Shown here: positions 20,661 through 29,557 of the stretch, piece after piece
How positions within the stretch are numbered: the stretch's first letter is position 1
Layout: every line of letters begins with the position of its first letter
NCBI GenBank assembly: GCA_051531975.1
Contig: JAOPTT010000013.1
Location: 1-64,000, forward strand
Source of the DNA: Spirochaetaceae bacterium
GTDB lineage: Bacteria > Spirochaetota > Spirochaetia > DSM-2461
Direction: 5' to 3'
Length of the DNA: 64,000 nt
Notes under the pieces: model-generated
What the model was told of the DNA's origin: nothing
The model's input: the letters and a program-made list of their open reading frames with translations, nothing else
Database searches by the model: none
Program-made: the position numbers and the translations under genes

Positions 20661-20918
20661 ATGATTGAATCAAGATGTGGAATTTTATGTAGTGAATGTG
20701 AATATAAAACCTCAATGAACTGTGAAGGTTGCATAAAAATATCAAAACCATTTTGGGGGGACAAATGTCCTATAAAAGATTGTTGCGAATCCAAAAACTT
20801 AGAAAACTGTGGTACATGTAATAGTTTTCCTTGTGATTTATTAACACAATTTTCATATGATAAAGAGCAAGGAGATAATGGATTAAGAATAAAACAATGT
20901 AAACAGTGGAGTTTATAG
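20661..20918 (+). CDS. DUF3795 family Cys-rich protein
   Basis: SRCGILC..C…C.GC…C.IK.CC…CG.C..FPC. Confidence 0.88.
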   Translation: MIESRCGILCSECEYKTSMNCEGCIKISKPFWGDKCPIKDCCESKNLENCGTCNSFPCDLLTQFSYDKEQGDNGLRIKQCKQWSL

Positions 20919-21206
20919 AAAATATGATTACCACTTAATCTTTTTCCATTAACAGAGTGTTTCCGAGCATAATAATTTGTAATTGAAGGAGATCATATGA
21001 GTGAAGAATGTAACGATATTATCCGTATAATTATTGATGGCTACATTAATAAGGCTTGTCGGGATTAGGAACTTTTGGATTGAGCGACGGTTTAATTACA
21101 TCAGAAGGTAAAGCTCACCGTTGTGGATCGATTATAGTTGAATGTAAATTAGTGCCAAAGTTGCAGTGCCTTGTGAATCAAGAATACCGTAAAATAGTTA
21201 CCTGTT

Positions 21207-22055
21207 TTAATCATTCAACCTCTTTATATATTTACTTGGGGTAAAGCCTGTAATTCTTTTAAATGTTCTATTAAATGAAGATATTGAACCAAAGCCCAGA
21301 GAATGAGCAATATATGATATAGATGAATCTTTGGTTTTTAATGATCCACAAGCCATTCTTACCCTATATCTATCGATATAAGTTTTAGGTGAACAATTTA
21401 ACTCTTTTTGAAATATTCGATATAAACCAGAAGGGGTTATATTACACTGTTCTGCTATTCTTTCCACAGTTAAACCGTGAGCTGACTGTTTATAAATTAT
21501 TTGTATAGCTCTACTTAATAATGGTGAAGTAGTTATATTTTCACCAAGATCTTTGATCGATGTAGTTTTAAGAATTAAATGGTATTCTGATAAAATAATA
21601 TGTAAGCGACTTTCAATTCTTTTATCATAATGTGGTAAATCTCTGTTTTTATATTCAAGAGTTAACATCTTTACTTCAGAAGTTAATAAATAATGATCTG
21701 TCCAATGTAAAACTCCAGGTAATAGATTTTTGTATATTTCTGTTATTTTAGTATGAGGATATAACCAGATCCATGAACTTTCTGTATTGGGTAGACTCAT
21801 TGCTAGGTGATTAAAACCAGAAGGTATAATCACGACGTCTCCAGGTTCAAATCCTAAGAGGTGATTGTTAATATTGAACACACCATGGCCTTTAAGACAG
21901 TATCCAATTTCAAGATAATCGTGATAATGAAGATACGTGATATCTGTTTCTTTTAGAATGTATAAGTCCGAAGCCGACAGTATTTTATTATCTCGAAAAC
22001 TTATAGATGTATAGTTATTTGATAATTCAGCACTATTTTGCTTATTATTAGCCAT
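21207..22055 (-). CDS. AraC family transcriptional regulator (cupin sensor)
   Basis: HYHDYLEIG cupin domain; C-terminal IAHSLGFGSISSFNRTFK…G.TP. Start is 22055 or 22076. Confidence 0.92.
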   Translation of the reverse strand: MANNKQNSAELSNNYTSISFRDNKILSASDLYILKETDITYLHYHDYLEIGYCLKGHGVFNINNHLLGFEPGDVVIIPSGFNHLAMSLPNTESSWIWLYPHTKITEIYKNLLPGVLHWTDHYLLTSEVKMLTLEYKNRDLPHYDKRIESRLHIILSEYHLILKTTSIKDLGENITTSPLLSRAIQIIYKQSAHGLTVERIAEQCNITPSGLYRIFQKELNCSPKTYIDRYRVRMACGSLKTKDSSISYIAHSLGFGSISSFNRTFKRITGFTPSKYIKRLND

Positions 22056-22119
22056 ATAATAACAACATAACACCATAATCGTGAATATAATAGTTAATAT
22101 AACTTTATAGGAGTACTAA

Positions 22120-23496
22120 ATGTTAATTTACGGCTGGGAGAATCCATATTCACAAATTGGAGAAGAGATTAGACAAATTCAGTTTGAAGGAAAAATTATA
22201 CCTACTGATATACTTGAATTATACAATAATTTGGATTCAAAAATTGATCGGCATAATGATAAAGTTTTAGAGCCCATTTTTATAAAGTTAAAAGAGTATA
22301 ATAATTTTGAAGTTAAAAAAGATTGGAAATATATTCAACCAAATAATCTTGATGAAATAAAAAAAGAAAGACCTAGTAAACCTGAAAATCTAGTTATGGA
22401 TTTAGATACAACTACTCTATTGGACAGATTACATGGTGCATGGACCGGTAGAGCTTGTGGTTGTGCATTAGGTAAGCCTGTTGAAATAGTTGGAATGCAG
22501 GAAAATGGAAGAGCAAATATTAAGGATCATTTACAACGGAGAAATTCCTGGCCATTAGAAAATTATATTGAAGGTACACCTATGAATAGTGATAAAAAAG
22601 AACTTATCTGTGAACAATCATGGAGAGAAAACATTTGCTATATGGAACCTGATGACGATATACACTATACGTTAATTGGATTAAAAGTTTTAGAAATTTA
22701 TGGTAAAGATTTTACTTGGAGAAATGTTGCAGATACATGGAATAATAGCCTGCCCTACCAAGCCATTTGTACGGCAGAGAACCAGGCAATATTAAATTAT
22801 AATATTAGAACACATTTTCTTGATAGAGATAGTGCTATTATTTCGCCTGATTTTACAAGTACTAATCACAACCCATATAGGGAGTGGATTGGAGCTCAAA
22901 TTAGAGCTGATGGTTGGGCATACTGCTGTGCAGGGAACCCAGAGCTTGCAGCAGAGTTTGCTTTTAGAGATGCACATTGGACTCATAGGGCAAATGGTAT
23001 TTATGGTGAGATGTTTTTTGCAGCAGTAATTTCAGCAGCATTTGTAGAAAGTGATCCAATAAAACTGATTAATATTGGTTTATCCCAAATTCCCAAAAAC
23101 TGTATATTAGCAGAAGATATAAAAGAGTCTCTTATTTGGATGAAATCACAAAAAACATGGGAAGAGTTTATGTTAAAATTAGAAAATAAGTACAGTTCTA
23201 TGTCATCAGTACATACTATTAATAATGCATTAATCTGCTGTATGTCCATGTATTATTCTAATATGGAGCCTGATCTTGCAATATCAATTGCAGTAATGGC
23301 AGGACTGGACACTGACTGTAATGGTGCCACAGTAGGTTCAATAGTTGGTGCATGCCATGGAGTTAAAGGGTTTTCAAAATATGCGGGGGCTCTTAATGAT
23401 ACTATAAAACCACTAGTTTTTGGATTCCAGGAAACTACAATGAAAGAGTTATCTAAAAGGACACATAAGATGTGGCTGGAAGTAAACGATAAGTAA
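22120..23496 (+). CDS. ADP-ribosylglycohydrolase family protein
   Basis: GAWTGR..GC.LG.PVE, EPDDD, EWIGAQIRAD, DTDCNGAT.GS. Confidence 0.92.
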   Translation: MLIYGWENPYSQIGEEIRQIQFEGKIIPTDILELYNNLDSKIDRHNDKVLEPIFIKLKEYNNFEVKKDWKYIQPNNLDEIKKERPSKPENLVMDLDTTTLLDRLHGAWTGRACGCALGKPVEIVGMQENGRANIKDHLQRRNSWPLENYIEGTPMNSDKKELICEQSWRENICYMEPDDDIHYTLIGLKVLEIYGKDFTWRNVADTWNNSLPYQAICTAENQAILNYNIRTHFLDRDSAIISPDFTSTNHNPYREWIGAQIRADGWAYCCAGNPELAAEFAFRDAHWTHRANGIYGEMFFAAVISAAFVESDPIKLINIGLSQIPKNCILAEDIKESLIWMKSQKTWEEFMLKLENKYSSMSSVHTINNALICCMSMYYSNMEPDLAISIAVMAGLDTDCNGATVGSIVGACHGVKGFSKYAGALNDTIKPLVFGFQETTMKELSKRTHKMWLEVNDK

Positions 23497-23564
23497 TATA
23501 GGGAGATTATTATCTGCCAAGTTTTGAAATTATTGATATTGAAGTCTTTTCTATGATTTAGACA

Positions 23565-24326
23565 TTAAATTAGATTTATATTTTTTTCGTTTATTAACTC
23601 CATAATATACGCATCCGGTTCTTCCTCGGTAATAATACCATCAATTTCATCAGTGGTTGAAAACCTACATAGTGCATCGTTAGTAAATCTTTTATTCTCA
23701 ATAATTAGATAACTTTTTTCTGATATATCGATTATTGTCTTTTTTGAATCTACATCTTCTAAATCAGTAGTCATAATTGAATTATCTGAAAGATTGATAC
23801 CACTACATCCCATAAAGACTTTATTTACCCTGTATGATTTAATATTTTGTATACTTGAAGAACCAACACAACCACCAAGATTGTTATTATATAAGCCGCC
23901 AATTACAATAATTTTAATATTAATTGAGTCTGCCAGAATTTTAATAATATCAAGGGTATTTGTAATTATAGTTACTGTTTTTGTACTTTGAGCCAGATAT
24001 TGAGCTAAAAAAATATTGATACTGGATACGTCCAAAAAAATATTGTCATTTTCTTCAATTATATCAAAAGCCTTTTTTGCAATAATTTTCTTCTTTTCTA
24101 TATTAATTTTTTTTCTCTCTGACATACCTTCATCTTTAAAATGGTCCCTTTTTAATTCAGCTCCACCATAGACTCGTATAATCTGATCTTGTTTCTCTAG
24201 TTTTTGAAGATCTTTTCTAATCTGATCCTCAGAAACACTAAAAGTTTTACTCAGGTTTTTTACAAGAACTTTTCCATTTTTATTTAAAATCTCTAATATC
24301 GCATTCATTCTGGCACTTACAATCAT
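23565..24326 (-). CDS. DeoR/GlpR family transcriptional regulator
   Basis: VSEDQIRKDL…RVYGGA HTH plus sensor domain. Confidence 0.92.
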   Translation of the reverse strand: MIVSARMNAILEILNKNGKVLVKNLSKTFSVSEDQIRKDLQKLEKQDQIIRVYGGAELKRDHFKDEGMSERKKINIEKKKIIAKKAFDIIEENDNIFLDVSSINIFLAQYLAQSTKTVTIITNTLDIIKILADSINIKIIVIGGLYNNNLGGCVGSSSIQNIKSYRVNKVFMGCSGINLSDNSIMTTDLEDVDSKKTIIDISEKSYLIIENKRFTNDALCRFSTTDEIDGIITEEEPDAYIMELINEKNINLI

Positions 24327-24342
24327 ATATCAATAATACCAC

Positions 24343-24482
24343 AAACAATAAAAATGATAAACTTAACTACTAATACAAGACAAACAATAGTGACCATATT
24401 GACAATACAATGATTTAGGAGTAAAACAATAACTATACGATTACAAATATACTAAACAATAACAAGAACAAGCGAAACAATA
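24343..24482 (+). repeat. Five AAACAATA direct repeats, putative DeoR operator array
   Basis: Copies start at 24343, 24382, 24424, 24454 and 24475; TTGACA lies at 24399-24404. Confidence 0.6.
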
Positions 24483-24499
24483 ATAAAAGGAGCAATAAT

Positions 24500-25300
24500 A
24501 TGCCGTATAAAATAATAATTTCTGACCTAGATGGTACATTATTAAATTCAGAACATCAGATATCAGAATATTCCCAAGAAGCAATTAATAAAACTACAGA
24601 AAAAGGGACAAAATTCTGTATTGCAACTGGACGTCATCATCTGGATGCAATTACTTATTGTAATAATTTAAATGAAAAGATCTATTTAATAACATCCAAC
24701 GGAGCGAGAATACATAATCCGAGTGGGAAACTTATTTATAAGCAGAATATGGATATGGAAGTAATTATGGAAATATTAAATAGTCAAATTCTTGATAATG
24801 GTGTCCATATAAGTTTTTACCATGAAGATGGTTGGATATTATTTAAAGAGAATCCTGATTTAGAATCCACAGTAATTAATAATGGTGTTTATCCAGTAGT
24901 AATTGATCAGATTGATTTGAAAGACTATGAGATTATAAAAATAATATTTAGTAGTAAAAACAATAATGCATTAGAAAAAATAGAGGAGTTTGTTGCAGAA
25001 AAATTCAGTGACCGAGTAGAGTTTTACTTTTCAGGAAGTGATACTTTTGAAGTTAATGCTTTTACAGTTTCAAAAGGCAATGCAATGGAAATATTGCTTG
25101 ATAAAGAATCCATAAAATTATCAGAAACAATAGCATTTGGAGATAGTTTAAACGATCTGGATATGCTTAAAAAAGCAGGGAAGTCTTTAATAATGGAGGG
25201 TGCCCATATAAGGTTAAAGGAACTTTTGCCCTGTAATGAGATTATTGGAAAATGTGACGATGATTCAGTTGCAAAATATATAAATATGATGGGAGTGTGA
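24500..25300 (+). CDS. Cof-type HAD-IIB hydrolase (sugar-phosphate phosphatase-like)
   Basis: DLDGTLL, ATGR, SNGA, SKG, FGDSLND. Confidence 0.93.
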   Translation: MPYKIIISDLDGTLLNSEHQISEYSQEAINKTTEKGTKFCIATGRHHLDAITYCNNLNEKIYLITSNGARIHNPSGKLIYKQNMDMEVIMEILNSQILDNGVHISFYHEDGWILFKENPDLESTVINNGVYPVVIDQIDLKDYEIIKIIFSSKNNNALEKIEEFVAEKFSDRVEFYFSGSDTFEVNAFTVSKGNAMEILLDKESIKLSETIAFGDSLNDLDMLKKAGKSLIMEGAHIRLKELLPCNEIIGKCDDDSVAKYINMMGV

Positions 25301-25554
25301 TTATGTTTATAAATTTAATAGGTTTTGTAGCGGCAATATGTACAACAGTTTCATTTGTACCCCAGGCCTTAAAAACAATTTTAACAAAAGATACAAAAGG
25401 TATATCCCTTGGAATGTATATCATGTTTGTAATAGGTGTAATTCTATGGCTTGCTTACGGAATTTTCATACGTGATTTTCCACTTATAATAGCGAATTGT
25501 ATTACTTTAATGTTATCGATGACGATTTTAATATATAAGTTACGATATAGATAA
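25297..25554 (+). CDS. SemiSWEET sugar transporter
   Basis: Three TM helices, TTVSFVPQ (PQ loop), T.GIS, LW..YG, P.I.AN. Confidence 0.93.
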   Translation: MIMFINLIGFVAAICTTVSFVPQALKTILTKDTKGISLGMYIMFVIGVILWLAYGIFIRDFPLIIANCITLMLSMTILIYKLRYR

Positions 25555-25607
25555 TTTTAAAGCGGTAACCTCTATTTGGATATAAGGATATTAGAACTCT
25601 GTAAACT

Positions 25608-26168
25608 TTAGTTGGGCATGGATAGTTTTTTATCCAAAAATGTTAGTAGTTGATCAATCATATTTTCGTATTTATCTACAACTTCAAAAACCTTAAATCC
25701 GTTTTGATTTGAAAAGTTCTTGAATTCCCTGTTCTCAATAATAAACTGCTCTAATGAACGATCTTCTGCATATCCTCGTGATTCTATAATACTTCGATAT
25801 TTTTTTACATTTGTATCAAAATTCTCACGGCAATATTTTTCATCCATGACAATGCTAATACCAACTATCTCATTTGGGTAATCATTTTTAATCTGACTAA
25901 TAGAATTAGCTTCAAAGTAACAACCTTCTAATACTAAGTTTTGGTTATTTTCTAGAGCTGTTCTAATAATTCCTTCAAGGATTGGTGCAAGATATTTTGT
26001 GATTTTTTCATCGTCATCTGTTGGTGTGAATTTGCAATAAACATCACCTCGGAAAAGACCCATTTTTATGTGATCAACTGAATAGAATGTGAACTTAAAC
26101 TTTTCAAGTATTTTTTGAGCTATAAATGTCTTTCCTGTACTACTTGCACCTGTTAATAATATTATCAC
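25608..26168 (-). CDS. P-loop kinase (2-phosphoglycerate/adenylate kinase-like)
   Basis: LTGASSTGKT, DHIKMGL.R, VLEGCY. Confidence 0.8.
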   Translation of the reverse strand: MIILLTGASSTGKTFIAQKILEKFKFTFYSVDHIKMGLFRGDVYCKFTPTDDDEKITKYLAPILEGIIRTALENNQNLVLEGCYFEANSISQIKNDYPNEIVGISIVMDEKYCRENFDTNVKKYRSIIESRGYAEDRSLEQFIIENREFKNFSNQNGFKVFEVVDKYENMIDQLLTFLDKKLSMPN

Positions 26169-26245
26169 TTTTTTTTACCTATCATTCTTATTTTTTAACT
26201 TAATAACTTTTATTACATAAGCTCACCATCTGGAATATATCTGCT

Positions 26246-26764
26246 TCATGTTATATCTACAAACCCTGTTACTTGATCTAAACATCCCTCTTTTAACTCT
26301 TTAACCATACACCATGTCGCATTTTTTTCAGAATCATTCACATGGTATATTTTAAATAGATAGGATGCTTTAAAACCTTTCTTTTCATAATAGTTTGGGT
26401 TTCCACACAAGAATACAGAAGAATACCCCATATTTACTGCTAATTTAAAAGCTTCATCCATTAACTTTGTCCCAATTCCTTGTTTAAAATGTTCTGTGTG
26501 TACACATATAGGAGATAAAAGCAGAGCTGGTACTAGTTTATTTTTGTCACAAACAATATCTGTTTTAGTTAATACTACCTGGCCTATGATCTTTTTATCT
26601 AGCTCTGCAACAAGGCTTAGTTCTGGAATAAAAGAATCTTTCTTCCTTAAACCGTTTAAATAATCTGGTTCTGAGCCATCACTAAAATCTGTTGTAGCAA
26701 ATGAAGTTTTTACAAGGTTGTAAACCTCATTATAATCGTTGCTAGTTTCTTGTCTTATTACCAT
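26246..26764 (-). CDS. GNAT N-acetyltransferase (YhbS-like)
   Basis: IRQET..DY, LSLVAE, L.P..V…QGIG, G.P.YY.K.GF. Confidence 0.9.
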   Translation of the reverse strand: MVIRQETSNDYNEVYNLVKTSFATTDFSDGSEPDYLNGLRKKDSFIPELSLVAELDKKIIGQVVLTKTDIVCDKNKLVPALLLSPICVHTEHFKQGIGTKLMDEAFKLAVNMGYSSVFLCGNPNYYEKKGFKASYLFKIYHVNDSEKNATWCMVKELKEGCLDQVTGFVDIT

Positions 26765-26785
26765 GACCTTATTTCTCCCAACTTT

Positions 26786-27316
26786 TTAATTATTATAGAA
26801 CTCTGAGAACTCACCATTTTTAAGTCTTATACTACCTTTTCTAGTATAATTCCTTTTATGAAGCACCTTGGTCATTATATAAAAGTGATATCCATGACCT
26901 ACCAATATGCAATCTACATTATCTTTCTCAATAAGGTTAATTAAACTGTTAATACGTTTATACGTATGGTTTCTGTTTTCTTGTTGAGATTTTAAATTTA
27001 AGAACCAATGTAACCGTCCAATTAATAACCACATAGGGGATGGAACATTTATATTAGTATTGGTAAATGGAGAGATCTTAACTTCATCTAATAATTTAGT
27101 TATGTGAAGGTCTTTGTTTTTATATCTACTATTTGCGGTTTGGTATGATCTGGTTAAAGTACTGATATATACCTTAGAGGTTGTCTCTTCTTGAATGTCC
27201 CTTAAATACACAGGGTTTTCATCGTATTTTTTACATTCTTCTATAAAATCTTTACTGGTACACGTAGGTTTCCACTCATGTTTTACTTTATAATGTCTTA
27301 ATAGTCTAATTACCAA
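26786..27316 (-). CDS. Histidine phosphatase-like protein
   Basis: LLRH, STLTRS.QTA, L.E, ILVGHG. Start reassigned to TTG 27316 behind an AGGAG RBS, which removes a 120-nt overlap. Confidence 0.75.
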   Translation of the reverse strand: MVIRLLRHYKVKHEWKPTCTSKDFIEECKKYDENPVYLRDIQEETTSKVYISTLTRSYQTANSRYKNKDLHITKLLDEVKISPFTNTNINVPSPMWLLIGRLHWFLNLKSQQENRNHTYKRINSLINLIEKDNVDCILVGHGYHFYIMTKVLHKRNYTRKGSIRLKNGEFSEFYNN

Positions 27317-27896
27317 TGTGTGACTCCTGAAGGGCAACCATGTCACATTCTTCATATCTATTGTGACCTGGTAGAGCCTTTTTATACTTCCAACATTTAA
27401 TAGCATCTTCTCTTTTTCCATTTGCATTGTTTTTGAAAAAGTCTCTAGTATATTGATTGTATTGAAATTGAGATGATATCTCTGTTTTTTTACCTTTCTT
27501 TTTATCAGCTATAATTCTATTCCATTCAGTTATTGCATCTTTGTAGGTCTTTCCATTATTAACCTTCATCCAGTTCATAAAGGTCACATTGAACTTAAAA
27601 TGTTCTCCTATTTCAGATTTAAAGAATTCTCTATGTCTTTCATCATTTTTATAACCTTCAGGAATTATGGCATCTAGATTAAGTGGTGAATTGTTTATTG
27701 ATATTTTCTTGCTATGATTTACTGGCTTAATAACTTCACCAGTCTTTAAATACTTGTAAATCCTAGAAGTTATGTCATCTTTACTTCCACTACCAGGTAG
27801 GCTGTTCATCTTACAAAAGGTAAAAAGTTCCTCTTTTAGCCAATAAAAACTTAAAAATTCTTCTGGATCTATTTTAGTATCTAGTAAAGGTCTCAT
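27306..27896 (-). CDS. SAP-like / DUF6434 domain protein
   Basis: F…YWLKEEL..FC…L..SGSK, FKFNV.FM.W.K.N.GKTY, QFQYNQY.RDF. Confidence 0.8.
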   Translation of the reverse strand: MRPLLDTKIDPEEFLSFYWLKEELFTFCKMNSLPGSGSKDDITSRIYKYLKTGEVIKPVNHSKKISINNSPLNLDAIIPEGYKNDERHREFFKSEIGEHFKFNVTFMNWMKVNNGKTYKDAITEWNRIIADKKKGKKTEISSQFQYNQYTRDFFKNNANGKREDAIKCWKYKKALPGHNRYEECDMVALQESHIGN

Positions 27897-28285
27897 AAAA
27901 CCTCAGGGAGTAATTTAATTTTATCTTTATAGATAGGATGAAGTAGTTCAAAGTCTGGGCTATTTATCGATACCCATTTATAGTCTGAATGTTCAGAGGA
28001 AATAGTTATATTATAATCTAATGCTGTGCAGGTATAAATAATTCCTGTAATCTGCCAATCACCAAAAAACTTGTTCCAGGTTCCAACTATGTTATGTGGT
28101 TGTACTTCTAGGCCTGTCTCTTCAGACATTTCCCTAATTAATGTCTCTTCAGCTGTCTCTCCAAATTCAAGTCGTCCACCCGGCAGTTCCCAAATACCAG
28201 CATCACTTCTTTTCATTATTAGTATTTTGTTTTCTTTTGTTATTAAACCTTTTACAGCAAATGATATCTTTTTTTCCATTATCAC
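27893..28285 (-). CDS. NUDIX hydrolase
   Basis: WELPGGRLEFGETAEETLIREMSEETGL. Confidence 0.93.
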   Translation of the reverse strand: MIMEKKISFAVKGLITKENKILIMKRSDAGIWELPGGRLEFGETAEETLIREMSEETGLEVQPHNIVGTWNKFFGDWQITGIIYTCTALDYNITISSEHSDYKWVSINSPDFELLHPIYKDKIKLLPEVL

Positions 28286-28299
28286 CCTAATTCCTTTTT

Positions 28300-28851
28300 T
28301 TATATCTGTAAATAATTAAGCACTTGTAAACTATTTTCCTCTACTGTTGATGAACCTTCAATCTTTAAAACAGGACATGTTAACTCTTCTAACCACCTGT
28401 TTTGCTGAAACCGACTACGAACTTCCATTCCACCAGTTTCATAACTGTTTGCCCACTCTTTAAACTTCTTAAAATCTTCATACCTTTTCCCATTTGGTAA
28501 TACTTCATTTCCATATCTATTATACTCTCTACTTTGAAGTCTTTCTAATCTAATTTCATTTGGGACTGAAAGAAATATTACAAGGTCAAACATTGGTATT
28601 AAAGGGTTACCCCAATCGATTATTGCCCCAGATAATATCCATGAATCAAGATCTATTAAATCAGACCTTAAATTGTTCAAACGGATATCTCTAGGTTGAG
28701 GAGTTGTATACTTATCTTTCCAAAAATAGTTATCTGAATCAAGATGTTTATATTTAAGTTGGCTGCATAGAGATTTTGCTAATGTTGTAGTTCCAGAGCC
28801 TGAAGCTCCAAGGATATGAATCTTTTTATATTTAAATTCATTCAATGACAT
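28300..28851 (-). CDS. P-loop kinase / AAA family protein (GSGTTT variant)
   Basis: IHILGASGSGTTTL, HLDSDNYFW, WILSG, RL..RE..RYG. Confidence 0.85.
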   Translation of the reverse strand: MSLNEFKYKKIHILGASGSGTTTLAKSLCSQLKYKHLDSDNYFWKDKYTTPQPRDIRLNNLRSDLIDLDSWILSGAIIDWGNPLIPMFDLVIFLSVPNEIRLERLQSREYNRYGNEVLPNGKRYEDFKKFKEWANSYETGGMEVRSRFQQNRWLEELTCPVLKIEGSSTVEENSLQVLNYLQI

Positions 28852-29557
28852 AGGTTATCATATGCCATTCGTCTGCATCATAGTCTGAAAGACTATGAAT
28901 GATTGAGCTTATTGCACCACCATCATAATCAATATTGAAGAAATCATCGTGATCATCTCCACCCCAACAGTTGAGAATACTTATAAATTCTCCATCTTTC
29001 ATAATAGAAGATTTAACCCATATATTAATTGTCATTTCTTCTATCACATTTGGTAAAATGGTACTATTAAAATTTATGTTACCTTCATCTCCAGTTGTTA
29101 TATTTAAACCAGTTCCAGATATTCCTCCAGAGACATAACTAGCTGTAGCCCCCGACTCGATACCATCATCGCTTGAACCAAGGCTACTATTTTCAAGGTT
29201 TCCTTCAAACTGATAATAACCAACTAAATCTGACTTATCATCAGGTAAGTCGCCATTTGTTTCATATAATGATGATATTTCATCGGAATCTAACATTCTA
29301 TGATAAACCAATAGATCATCTACCATATCAGGATTAGTTTCGTCCCCATAGCCATAGGAGAAATTTAAGTCGGATTCAATAGCGACATTGGTTCCATCTA
29401 TTCTAGGCTCATAATATGTTCCAATCATCTCCCCGTCATAAAACACAGTGATACTACCATCAAGGAAATATGGTTGTATTAATACAAAATTATCACATGA
29501 ACTAAAAAATATAAATTGTAGTAATATAATTAATTTAACAACTTTTTTTAAAACCAT
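28838..29557 (-). CDS. Lipoprotein with a LamG/concanavalin-like domain, apparently circularly permuted
   Basis: Lipobox FFSSC; LamG segments VFYDG, DDLLVYHRML…EI..LY, LVGYYQFEG, MTINIWVK, WHMITY. ATG 29557 has a GGAG RBS. Confidence 0.75.
   Translation of the reverse strand: MVLKKVVKLIILLQFIFFSSCDNFVLIQPYFLDGSITVFYDGEMIGTYYEPRIDGTNVAIESDLNFSYGYGDETNPDMVDDLLVYHRMLDSDEISSLYETNGDLPDDKSDLVGYYQFEGNLENSSLGSSDDGIESGATASYVSGGISGTGLNITTGDEGNINFNSTILPNVIEEMTINIWVKSSIMKDGEFISILNCWGGDDHDDFFNIDYDGGAISSIIHSLSDYDADEWHMITYVIE

Noticed and set aside
27317..27427. N-terminal extension of ORF 26786-27427
   Set aside because: It overlaps the upstream gene by about 120 nt; a TTG with an AGGAG RBS at 27316 matches the domain start.
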